Of a stretch of DNA of 64,000 nucleotides, positions 1 through 13,400 are shown one piece after another. This DNA comes from Lingula anatina (taxonomy: Eukaryota; Animalia; Brachiopoda). Both the position numbers and the translations under genes were made by a program. The notes below the pieces were generated by a model. It was not told where the DNA came from. It did not search any database and was given only the letters and a program-made list of their open reading frames with translations. Positions within the stretch are counted from its first letter, which is position 1. Every line of letters begins with the position of its first letter. The stretch lies in NCBI GenBank assembly GCA_051362555.1, contig CM120646.1, positions 10,478,001-10,542,000 of the forward strand, in the 5' to 3' direction.

Positions 1-377
1 AAAATATAATTCTCCATATCAGTGGATTAGGATGAAAGTAAAATGTGTAACAAGCATTTGACTGAGTTCCCATACCTAGATCATTCTAACAGGATCAATC
101 CAACTCCAAGGGGTTTCTCACTAATTTGCTTTCAGCTTAAGTGGCTTAGGACTCTGGCATGCCAGTTTCAGTAGGCATGACAGACAGCTAAGCCACTTAC
201 ATTGATTGCAATTTAGCGAAAATTCCCTTGGAGATAGATCGATCCACAGTTAGCGTGATAGGGTCTGGAAATAGTCCCTAAGGCTTCAGGCTGATAAGAG
301 TTAAACTTTGGAAATGCCAGAATGAGATAAAGTGAAAATTTCACAAACATAAAAAATTGCTTAAACTCAATTTAAAA

Positions 378-424
<47 letters not shown>

Positions 425-3400
425 AATAGAGCTGTTTTTCTAATTTGGGCTGTATGTCAATCCTAAGAATCATTCTTGTATAGAAAATGTTACAAAGTAA
501 CAGTACAGGGCTCCTGGTGGATGGGAGTGATAAGTCACATATTGAAAATGCCAGTTTGAAAAATGAAAAATTAAAAAAGAAAAACTTACAAAAATATTCC
601 ACTAAAGCTGCCATTCAGTCTAGCTGCATTACCATGATATGAATCATCCAACTTGAGTTTAAACAGTGTAAACAACTCACAGAAATATAATATATTTTGT
701 TTTACCACAAAAAGGGCAGTCATAGCTATTATTCTGATATCTGAACTTGTCATCAGACCATGTGACCTCCATAGATGGCTATACTTTGTAATAATTTCTT
801 AAGAGATTATAACAAAAAAAAAAAAAAAAAAAAAAAAAAAAACACTTTTAAGAAAAAAAATTAATTATTTGCCAAAAAGAACAGTTATTATCCCTTTAAC
901 TGCAAAGTCAAGTTGCAAATATTGCACAACAGGTATTATCAATAAAAGTGAACTGTTACATGCCCTTGGGAGTTATAAGTCCCACATTGAAAATGCCAGT
1001 ATGTGAAGGATAAAAATCTCACAAAATGTACAACAGAATAACATGGTCAATAAGATTACAGTTTCAGGACCATATGTCAGAGTTCAAATTCACATAATGA
1101 AAATCCGAATATGTGAAAAATGATGACAGTGCATAAAATAATATATATCACACAATGTTTAAAGACATAAAAACCAACACAACTGCTAATGTGGAAAAAC
1201 AGAAAATACACAGTGCTTCTGGTAGATGGGAGTTGAAAGTGACATCTTGAAGATGCTAGTGTTTGAAAAATAATTAAAAGAAAATGTAATAAATAAATAA
1301 ATAAAGCTACTATTCATACTTTTGATCTAGCTGTATAATTACTGACATGATATGAATAACCCTATTGAGTTTGAGAATTTAATAATGCACTGTTATTCAT
1401 CTTTAGCATTAATGTAAGCCTTATACAAAGTTTTTCTTTTGTAAAATTATTTTCAATATTAAATAACATTTACCTGCATAATAATCATCAATTACTAATT
1501 ATGTGACACAGTTAAGAGAGCTAAACCTATGGGACTTTACAATGAAATCTCAACGTGTGTTTATGTAATCTCATTTAATGGCCACTTGAAAATAAATTAA
1601 GCAAAGTACTTTATAACCCTAAAATTACTTGAAAATTAATTAAGCAAATTAGTTTATAACCCTGCTGGCTATCCATATACATTTATTGCACCATATAGCA
1701 CTCTGTAGAACTGCATTGCTTCCAAAACAGAAAACAATCACACTGGTTTTCCAACACAAGCTGCACTTCAGTCTTATTAAACTTTTCAGTAAGTTTGAGT
1801 ATCATAAGTAATATGGTTTTCTCTTAATCGCTATCCTGGCAGTAGTGTCCAAAATAGGGTTTTCTTGAACTTTCATGCAATATAACATAATACTTAACAG
1901 CATAATGACCATCAATTAAAAAAAAAGTATCATGGATATTCAGAAAATGTGATATGGGAAGGTCTTCAAGGCCATGGAAGTTCAGAGTCACACTTTCAAA
2001 ATGCCAAAATGTAAACAAGAGATAACTGTACTGAAATGATTTTCTTTCCATTTTCAACACCTTTTTTACATAAAATAATCAATTTACTGTCATTTTTAAA
2101 TGATCAACTAGGAAAATTGTTAACACAGGAAAAATATCAATAGAACAATTTTAAATGTCCGATTTGCTCCATTCTGAGATTCTGAACATAGTGAACGATT
2201 GAATCTGACAAACTGCAATGATGAGTTCCTTTCCATTTTTGATACTTTATTACACAATGCACGATAACAGGTTTACTGTCATTTTTATACAGTCATTTTT
2301 ATATAATCAACTAACAATATTGTTAAGAAGCAGAAAATGTCAAAACAACACATTTACATATCTAATTAGTTCCATAATGAGACAGTTAACATGCCTAAGA
2401 ATTAAATCTGTAAAAAAACCACTTATATACAAAAAGGCTAATAACTTCATCAAAACTTAACTGATCAAGCTTATTTTCAAACTTGATCTGTATATTAGTC
2501 AGACTGATCACTCCTGTGAGTTGCAAGACAAAAGGCTGATTGGTTTTCCTTAAAATGCGTTATCAGTGTTGCATATATGCTGAATAAGGGAAAAAAACAG
2601 CATAACTTTTGTAAAAATAGTCCAATCATGCCAATTTTCGAACTTGATCTGCGTATTATAAATATTCATCAGTTCTGTAAGTTTCAATCCAAAAGGAAAA
2701 TCATTTTAACATTTATCTTGTTATCTGTGTTATAAAAATGCTGAAAAAAAAAAGAATAACTTCCATAAAAATTGCCCAATCATGCTGATTTTCGAACTTG
2801 ACCTGCATATTATGAATTTTCATCAGTTTTGTAAGTTTCAAGCCAAAAGGTAAAATGGTTTTCCACCTATCGTGTTATCGGTGCTGCATATATGCTGAAA
2901 AAAGTGAAAAAAACATCATAACTTCCCTAAAAATGGCCTGATCATGCTGATTTTCGAACTTGACCTGTATATTATGAATATTCATCAGTTCTGTAAGTTT
3001 CAAGCCAAAAAGTAAAACAGTATTTCACCTATTGTGTTATCGGTGTTGCATATATGCTGAAAATAGTGAAAAAACAGCATAACTTCCCTAAAAATGACCC
3101 AATCATGCTGATTTTCGAACTTGACCTGCGTATTATGAATATTCATCAGTTCTGTAAGTTTCAAGCCAAAAGGTAAAATGGTTTTACATTTATCTTGTTA
3201 TCTGTGTTATAAATATGCTGAAAAAAGTGAAAAAACAACATAACTTCCATCAAAATGGCCTGATCATGCTGATTTTTGAACTTGACCTGCGTATTATGAA
3301 AATTCATCAGTTCTGTAAGTTTCAAGCCAAAAGGTAAAACGGTTTTTCACTTATCGTGTTATCGGTGAAAGTGCACGGCGACGACGACAGACGCAGGTGA

Positions 3401-3440
3401 TGGCTATATGTACAGACACATCTGTGTCTGTACATAAAAA
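1..3440 (+). mobile_element. Family A non-autonomous Helentron/HINE-like element (5' end outside the window) with 161-bp tandem array
   Basis: Body resembles the copies at 21063-25165 and 38492-42733. Tandem units at about 2570-3365, a GACGAC microsatellite, and the 3' hairpin TGTACAGACAC-atct-GTGTCTGTACA followed by TAAAAA. Confidence 0.75.
60..278. mobile_element. Family C PIF/Harbinger-type MITE (diverged)
   Basis: Similar to 8526-8773; interrupts the family A sequence AAGCAT|AAGGCTTCAGG. Confidence 0.6.
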
Positions 3441-4493
3441 GACAATCTTTTAAAAAAAATTCTACAACAGTTAAGAAATACCCAATGTGCCGGGTATCTG
3501 GTTTACCCCAGCAGCAGAAATAAAAACAACAAATAGGATCATACTTTCATAACACCTTGAAAAGGTTCTGTACAAGATTTGCTTATCAATAACATTAATA
3601 TATAAAACTCAATCACAAGGTAACAATTTGTTCAAAACTAGATTTTTACCAACTTTCAAACCAACTTTCTACTTAGATGTTTGCAGAAAATTGACCCGTT
3701 TGTTCTTCAACGTTACAATCAAATTATTTTCATTTTCTCACTGAATATCTTTTTCCATTCATAATTTTTCCATAATCCCAACTTGTCATCTACATGTGAG
3801 AATACTTGTAAGCCATTTTCTAAATAGAAGTATTCATGCTTCTTTCTTTTTGAATTTTATTTCTCTCTTCCTCTTTTCAGCTGGAGAATCTACAAAAAAT
3901 TCATTTCTAGAATCCCAAAGTTTTTGAATAAGAGTGCAAGTCCTTTGAAGGTATTCCTTTTTGACAATCTCTCACGGAGATTTCTCCGTTATATTCCATG
4001 TAATATATAAAGGACTCGACATTTTATAAATATTAAGATGAATAAGTCAACAACCTGTAGATGAGGTGATCGAACATCAAGACATTATGCACTGTGTGGA
4101 AATGAATCAATTTTCAAATCAGTAGCTGTGTACATGTGTGTGCACATGCATCAAAAAAGGTATTAAAAGACAAAATTCCAAATGTTCATTTCACAGTTAC
4201 CAGTTTCACCTAATATAAAGTGAGTGCAGCCAGATGTGGAAGCAAACGGTACTTGTGTTAATCACTGCCATGGTTACACAGATGTCTCACAACAGACGTC
4301 CGTTCAAAAATTATATATATCCTCATTCCAACATTTGTTACCAACATGAATTCTGTGAGATCTTTTGATCTTTTGAAGAACATGTCTGATCAAAGCTCAC
4401 AAAAGTTACTGTACCCTATCTTAATTTCTCCCATCATAGGTCCAAATTTGGCTATAGTTCCTTTTTCTTTTTCACTCATCTTTTTCCATCAAA

Positions 4494-7400
4494 CTATTCA
4501 GCAGCACTGGCTGCTTTCTTCTTTACAGGTGTATCTTTGTCTAGTGTACCAAACTGAAATGTGGTTTTGACTTGAAGAACATCTGACTTTTTCTGTTCAT
4601 TTTGCTTTTGTTTAACATCTGTGGATGCTCCTAATTTCTGGGCAGTTACTGCAGGTTCTTCCTTACCAGGGTCTTCTGTCAAATTCCCTAGCGGCAAATC
4701 ACTAAGGGGAATTACAGTAATGCTGGGCACTTTTTCACCATCGGTAATGGCATCTGTCCTTCTTGCAAGCTTTTTCTTACCCTGAAAATGAAGCAATTTC
4801 AAGGTCAGTACTGATGGACCAAGTCTGCTTGTATCTATACCGTTACTTGCACTGTTCTCCTGTAGTCACTGTACCCATTACCTATTACATAAACATTTTA
4901 TATCATGTGAACAGGAACCTAGACACGTTTAAAGGGGCTGTTGTTTAATGAAAGACAAGTCACCAAAGCTGTCAAATGTACAGACAAAAAACATTCACAA
5001 GATTACAAAGAGCAGACTTTCCCCCTTCAGAAAGTACATGCATCTGTACATAATAATTTCAAGAAAAATCATCTAATCAAACTGGTTTTCCTCGTGTTAG
5101 AAAAATGTCAAACATTGTTTATGAGGTCTTCTTCAATTTTGATGCAAAATAATGATGTGTCTGTACATAAAAATGGACAACCCTTAAATCAAGATCACCT
5201 GTGGCAGTCTCTTCTTTTGTTGTGTCCTCAAAGGATTCTTAGTCTTCAAAAGTGCTTCCAGTCCCCAAGGTTCCATTGAATTATCAAAAGGTTTCTCAAG
5301 CACTCTCAGGGCATGTTCACATGACATTCTAAAGAATTTGAGGTAATCCATCTTGTTTTTATTTCTACATAGATTATTGCCATAGAGAGTGCAGCTTATG
5401 CCCGGCTTAATGCTGGGAGGTGCGAGTTTAACAGTTTGCCCCAGATCTATAGATAGACCTTGGCGAAGAAAATTAAACTTGTGATAATGCTGGAAAAACT
5501 CCAACAACAGATCTCCTAAAAAGAAAAAAAAGAAAGAAATCAGTTAAAGCAATGTAATAACAAGGCGTCAAGATTTTTTTGTGTTGCAATCAGCTAAAAA
5601 AAAAAAAAAAAAAAAAAAATTTATGTAAAGTTTCATATGGCAGTGTTGAAATATATATCATCCCATCTGGTAATATGACCAATTTTTTTTTCGTGACAGC
5701 AATCTTACAGTTGAACTGCAGCTTACTTTCTCACTTACACGAGAAGCAGAAATGCTAATGAAGGTCACTTCACACTGTCAATGCTTTTTGCTTATCATTT
5801 AATTTCTACTTAGACTACACTGCCATGCCTATTACAAAGTGAAAAAAATCTTCACCCTGCATTAGATATTGTTAATAAGTTGTAATATCTCTAGGAAGTC
5901 TTCTGTAATTAAAATAGATTAATACTTGCCTGTGGTGTTGCTGTTCTGTGATACAAATAATGAAGACTGATTTCTTTCATCTAAAATAAAAACAAAACCT
6001 AAGCAGCCCAGCTTTTAATATTGAATAGACACCAAACAGCCAAAAAGGGTTTGGCAGTTATAAGGTGAACAAATGTGTTAGCAATGAAAATGAAATGGAC
6101 ATACAGTGATCAAGAGAATATATACAGATACAGAAAAATGGAAATTTCTTCCTGAACATAACATAAAGATATTGGGTGTGACTTTTAGTACTACAACTAA
6201 AGTTGTACGTAATCCAGGGAAACTATGATACAGTATTTCAAATATGTGAAAATAATGTAAAATCATGGTCATTAAGAACCATAACTTTTTGTCTCCTCCA
6301 TCTTAGCTTACCACAAACCTTCAAAGTCTAATTCATACCAAGAAGTAAGGCAACGCAGTTTATGGGTTGTTCCAGATTTGGGCAAACAAGGCCACTTTTG
6401 TAATATAATTACACTATCCTAATTATTTAAACAATGAAAGAAATTGTTGGCTGTATTAAATCATATGACCTTACGGAAAAAAAATATGTCAAATATTCAA
6501 TAAGACGTTACTCTTAAAGCAGGACAGAAGTGGAAACATTTTTTTATGTAGTCCGATAGTGTATTTTCTTAAATACAACTTGCTGAAAGCACGACTTCAA
6601 TATGTACACTAGTGACCTATTTATAACGCATTGAATGCACAGGTTCTCACCTGTGAAAACCACTCGTTTGGAGGAAGGCTGGAAATAGCCGACATCGAGG
6701 CCACTCCGAGGTGACAGTCGAACTTAAAATAAATTGCTTATTCTTCCCAAACTTTTTATTGCTAGCACCACTGTCGTTATTTGGTTTCATTCAGAACCTT
6801 TTTTTTTTATTCTTCAAAATGCCCCCCCCCCCCCCCCCCCCCCGCGTTACAGGCGTGACGAATCAGTCAGCGAGGGCAAGTCTGCTTAATTAGCACAAAT
6901 TGTATGTCTATAACCACTATTATTGTGATCGGGGATAAAGAAATGACAGGTACGTTATGTTTCCAGATCAGATCTTCAACTAATTGTTTCTTCCTCACTG
7001 ACGAGAACTATTGAAAGGACAACAATTGACAAAGGGACGAGGCAGGCAACATCTATTTCACGATGTGGTCGAACAATCGGAACAAGAAAAAAATTCTGTC
7101 GCATGATTTTGAAGTATGGACTAAATGTTTGAGCCCAGAAAAATTAATTTTATACTATAATTTTTTTTGGTCGGATTGACTGGACCCGTCGAAATGCTTG
7201 GCACATTACCGTACATTTTGTATTTTGTAGATTTAATGAAACACTTATTCTCATTCACTTTCCATTACAATTAAGCAGTTTTTTTATAATGGGTGCTGTT
7301 ATGTGATGCTCTGTATCATTAACATGTTCTTTCAGAATTGAAGGAAATGAGACTGCAAATGGCAACATTTTATAACAAATTTTACTAATGTGTAAATGTT

Positions 7401-10400
7401 GTTTATTAGAACAAGAATTGTTTTCCTGATTATATATTTTTAAATATATATAGGCCTTTTTTCTGGGTAACCCCTTTTCATCAAGGGTTGTAATTTTATT
7501 ATCTTTTCTATATACTAAACATGATTTAAAATCTGCCAAGGCTTGTTTTTATTTGTCTTTTATGAAAACATAAAAATATATCACATGTATGTCTCAAGGT
7601 AAAAAGGTCCACTTTTTTTGGAAATAGACCCCCACCCTTGAAATTGCTGGCTATGGACCTGATAAATGTAATCCGATCATGCCGATTATCAAACCTGCCT
7701 CTTTTCTAAACAAAGTCACTCACTAAATTTTAAGTAAAACAAAATATGGTTTGGCAGTTATGAGGCAAACGTCATATGTCAGACAGTGACAAAGTAAAAA
7801 GACAGGCCACTCAGAATACATATAGACACCTACAGTGTCTGTGTATAAAATGGGAAATAACAAATGAATATGTTTAATTTTCTACAAATGTCTCCTTACG
7901 ACAAATTTATTAAAAAATAGCATTTCACTGAACAGATTTAAATGTAAACAAACAAACAAACAAAAACAAAACTTACTGTGCAATGAGTCAGCATATTCAG
8001 CAGAAGGCAATATACTGGGTGTCCTTGTTTGTAGAAAACTCACAACCAGAGCTGTGACCATAAAGTTTGTCATTGTGGGGTTTGGTTGAGGATACCTTAC
8101 AATTTTTAGTTGCTGTGCAACCTCTTTGATTGCTAAAACAAGGGGTTTCACCCGTACATCCAGTCCAGCAAACGTGTGTAACAGTTTGGATATATGTTTG
8201 CCATTGCTGTAATGAAGGAGTTTAGTATTATAGTTTTCTTCAGATGATCATTTATGCAAATTAGCTTCAATATCTTACGTTGGAAAACTAACAATTATCT
8301 TAAGCACTGCTGCAGCTGAAGGACACCAAAACATTTACACAAGAGTGGGAAGTAACAAAGTCTGAGATAAAAAAGTGGCTTGCAGAGGTAAGTAGCCCCC
8401 CCCCCCCCCCCACATCCCCCTCCAAGAAAGAGATCTTGTGGCTAAGGCCGAATGATCTAGTTGTTACCCATCCCCAAATAAGGAGTTGAACCATCACCAA
8501 AAATTACAGTAACAACATACGGTTAGACTGGGTTCCCATCCCTAGGTCAATCCATTTGGATTGGTCCAACTCTCTGTAGAGTCTCAGTAAACTGCCATCA
8601 ACTTAACCGGCTTAAATGTCTGTCACTCCTACCGAATCAGCTAGAGGGTAAAGATAATTACACCCTAACAGTTTTACTAGGTGTGACAGACATTTAAGCT
8701 GGTTAAGTTGATAGCAATTTAGTGAGACTCCCCAGGGAGATAGATCGATCCATATATCTGCAGGAATGGTCCCTTACCTTTGGGCTTTTTGTCCACAGAG
8801 GTCTATGTCAAGGTTCAACACATTGTGTCTCAGCTTCAAAAGTGGAATACTTGCACCCAACACAAATTGAACTGCCTGTTTGAAAAAATGTATAATAGAA
8901 AATGGAGATTAAAGGGTTTGCGACTGACCGTTAGAATTATCGTCAGAAAACATGCCCAACTAAGTATATCTTTTAATAATCAAAATAAACAAATTAGAAT
9001 TCGCTAGGTCTTGGAGTTTATGAGCTAAGTGATCATGTGGTCCAATAACAACATACAAGCCACCAGAGGAGAGAGCCTGCTTGCTTAGCTGTCAGTCTTT
9101 AGTATTCTATATAGCATACACAAAACAAAGGCAAATACTAATTTGCTGACTAGCCCGGCCGATAGGAGGAGAGAGTCAGTTTTATTTCTTTGAATTGGAA
9201 TTCAATAACAAATAATATAATACATTTGTTGTAATATTTATTTGTGCTGTGTTGTGCGATAGAAAGGATATACCCTTTAAGTATCAAACACAAATATGAC
9301 AAATTGAATGTAATTAATCTTCTACCAATAACTTAACTTTGGACTCCATTATTATTATTATCATTCAATACTGAATAAATTGTACATAAAACAGATCTCC
9401 TTAAGAATAACATACCGCCCAGTAAAAACCATAGATAAAACTGTGCATGCAAAACAGTAAAGTCACTATGGAAAACTTTGTCTGTAGCCACGATGCTAAC
9501 TTGTACAAATCATCGCCCTATAAAATATAGATGCATGATATTCAAGGCTCTACAGTGACAGACCTCACTCTGAATTCACAAACCCATATACATTTTTATA
9601 AATTAAAATTTTAGTGTGTCCTGACTGCTATAAGTTGTTGACCTAGAACTGAAGTGCTACTATAAAGTACACCTAATAGTCATACCTGTGACTACGATTC
9701 AGCACTGTCACATGCTTGTGACGTAATGCAAAGACAATCATTTTTCACTATATGCTGTCCCGTGAAAAATATCCAAAAAGAGCTGCCATGATCTACAGGT
9801 ACCTGTAAAATTACTTTTCAAACTCTGATAACAATTCATAGCCATTCACCTCTCTTACCTGTGGGGTCTATATCCTTACAAAGCCAGGTGCCGGTCTATT
9901 CAATTTTTTAACTGGCATTTAATTACGGTTACCCCCACTAGCTACCATTATGTATACTGCAGTTGAATAACTTGAGTGTATTTTAATCATTCGATATAAA
10001 GTCCATGGTTTTTGGCATTATGTTTTGCAAAAATTTTTGCTTAAATTGCAATACTTGGGTTTCAAAATTAATTATAAATGTTTTATAATAATATTATTAA
10101 ATATTTCAGTTGAAATACCCTTTAAAAACAAATAAATACATTCTCAAAACAAACAACACTTTATTTCGCATTACAAATTAGGATTACAAACCATTTTATT
10201 ACAACTGTTCCCATTCTTTTATTTCTTTCATATTATCACTCTTTTTTGAGTTATTCCTCAACCACCGAAGTAATGCCTGGGCATGTGCATGCTTCAAGAC
10301 ACCCTGGGAGCTATCTTTGTCATGTACATTTGCAGCCATGTTTAAACTCATTTGTTTAAATATCAATTTTAAATGTCATTTTAAAATACCAATGACATAA

Positions 10401-13400
10401 CCTCATAAAATAAAAGAGATATATTGAAAAAATATTAGTCTACCTAGAATCTGACAGGTTGAGTTACCTGTTACTACCTGGCATGGGAAGTGTGGTGTTG
10501 TGTAATTAACAAGTTTAATTGTTAATGAGCTCTTGGTCAAGTACCAGGCATTTAATTTGCAATAAGAAGCTTGTCAACTGATAACAGTTAATTTGAAAGA
10601 CTGTCAGCTTTTGATGTGATCTAAACCACATGAGGCAACCATACACCCCATTTCCATAGATTAGATCGACCTACTTTAGATAGACCTAACTCCCTGGGGG
10701 TTCACGCTAAACAGCGGTCAGCCGGGCGGACACGAAAGTTAATTACCCCCTTACAGCTTGTAGTAGGCGGGACGGACATTTAAGTCGGATTATCTGAATG
10801 TAATCTAGTGAGACTCCCCGCGGGGATAGATCGATCTTAAATCTATGGGAATAGAGCCATAGTCTCATCACATCTATTGTCAGTAAGTTAGTAAGAAAGT
10901 CACGTAAGACTGTAAATGACTAAGTAAGAAAATCATCAACAAATGCCAAATCCTTTACTGCATTTTTTTTTTTTTTTTGTGAATCCCACCGCAACACACT
11001 GGGGCATAACGAAAACTGCCCAAATCCGTTCAACATAACCTTCCCTAAACTATCCAACCCAAGATAACGAGCAGTACTGTTGGCTAGGAACACAAATCAG
11101 CATCGTTATCAGTAGTGTTGTTTTTCAAAAGCATTGCTGGCCATCAGAAACTACCGTAGTGTTGTTTCTCGAAAATGATCCTGGCGCTCAAAATGGGAGT
11201 GGACAGAGGGAGAGACAACCAGCAATTAGCTTCTACCCTGGCCAGATAACCTTCAGTGTGGAAGCCGATCTTTGTCTATGGCGCACGTACAGGTAGTCTT
11301 CATCGGCGATAAGTGTCTTCTGCGATCAGGTTCGTTGCCTTTACCGTTGAAGTCGGGTAGAGCTTTACGCGCGAGTGCATTGTTACGTTGCACTAGTACT
11401 CCTGTCAATTGTATCCTATCAATGGGCATTATAACTATAGCGAGTATAACTCATGGTCACCTTTGGTGACAACTGTGGACAAAAATAAAGGAGCCCGGAT
11501 GTGGAGGTTTTTGGACACACCCACTGAGATAGGAAGGAGAAGAGAGACATGTAGGCATGGAGAGCAAGGAGCTAGGATAGATGGACTACGTCTTAACTGA
11601 TCGTGGATGTATAGTACTATACATGGAGGTAAAGGAAAGTGAGTGACTGTACGTGCACTAGTATACAAGTTGATGGAAAATATGGAAGCTGAAAAAAACG
11701 AGTGATTGTACATGCATCAGTACACAAGTTGACGGAAAACAGAGAGGGAACTATGATTGACAAAAGATAAGTAACGTTGAGAAAAAGCACTGACTATTAC
11801 GAACAATGCAAGGAAGGTACGTAGGCCTACACAAATGAACAATGACAATGAAATGGAAGTGCGTGGAATGATTCTCTTATCCTGTGAACACTAACTTTGT
11901 TTGAACATTATAAAGCCCATATTAGTTAAGTTATTTAGTTCAATGTTATTGTATGTTAAGTTAGGTTTTAGTTCAATTAGTAAAATATTATCATTTTAAT
12001 TTGAGGTGTTTGTTTTCATTCGTATTTATGTTTATGCTTTATTTTTTTGTTACTAAAGAACTCAATATAGGACGTAACAGCATCTTCACCTCGCCATGCT
12101 CCGGGCGGTGTCTTCAACGAATACGTAGCCTTCACCGCAGATGCTGGCCTCGGCATTATGGCCTCTCTCCACCATGCAGGGAGGTTACTAATACTGCAAA
12201 TCGGTATATAGGGAGCACATGTAGCCTCAACCATGGCAGCCAAACTGTGTATTACGGCCTCTCACCATTGTGCGCTGCGACCAAGATGACCACTGATTGT
12301 TGTTTACAATCGCTCAGGCAACCAAATCTTGACCTGCAGCTGTCTGACAACACAAGTGATTTCCTGGCACATAGTTGCGCCAATGTGCACATTTGAAAAG
12401 TGTATACGTTTTGTCATTTAAACCAAACAAACACGCGAGTGAAAGGTAATCTAGATGAAACCAAAAAGGCAATTTTCATATTTGTTAGCAATCCCAGCAA
12501 GACAGAAAGGCCATTTTCATATTTGTTCATTAATGAAAGATCGTCAATGGGAGATCGTGGACGATCTGAGCAAGACAAGAAAGAAAAAATGGTAATCTTT
12601 ATTGCAGCTCTTACATTGCTTCTTTTGTTCTTTTGCTGAAGTCCCTACTGTTGACAATGCTATTGTGCGCCTCAGCAAAACTACTGATCAGTATCTCACA
12701 CCAAGTACTCCAGTAAAGAAATAATAGCTCGACAGCGCAACTCTTAATTGATTCTCCTGTTATTTTAATGGATGGTGATGATGATGTTTAGCATCCTAAT
12801 GTAACTGCACTGATCCTTATCTTGCACCTTGCACCGCACACGTAGTACTCAGGTAAAGGTATGCTAGGGCAACACTGGTGACTGTTAGATCTTAATTAGT
12901 TGAAAAAAACGCCTGATGGCGGATTTTAAGGTGTGAGAAATTCACAAGATAATGCAAAATTGCTTGTTGGTCGAAATTCATGGTCCATAAAAAACTCCAG
13001 ACAGCCGATTTTAAGATCATTTGAAATTTATAAGCCTTTCAAAATTCATGGAACATTACCCTATTCCACACGAAGTTCATGGTCCATAAAAAAACTCCAG
13101 AAGGCCAATTTTAAGATCGTTCGAAATTTTAGAGCCATTCAAATTCATGGAACATTACCCTATTCCATATTAACAGTGATTTGCAGGAGTAAAATTGTGA
13201 AGCCTTCAAGTCTGAAAACATCTGGCTGAAAAATATAATTGTCATACATACCTTAAGGTGTGAGGACCATGCTGGCAAAAGTTTTCCAATTATGGCTAAT
13301 TCAGAAGGCATGTCGATCAAGGCCCTATTTTGGGGTAAGACGGTTGATGACAGCTGCAATCACATCAATTAATCAATCAATATTTGCAAATTATTTCTGA

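Noticed and set aside
9686-9900. Strong-looking minus-strand splice sites near 9686, 9803 and 9858
   Set aside because: The bounded segments have stops in compatible frames or lack a good acceptor, so they could not be fitted to the gene model.
11270-11345. tRNA gene
   Set aside because: Box-like motifs only; no convincing cloverleaf or acceptor stem.
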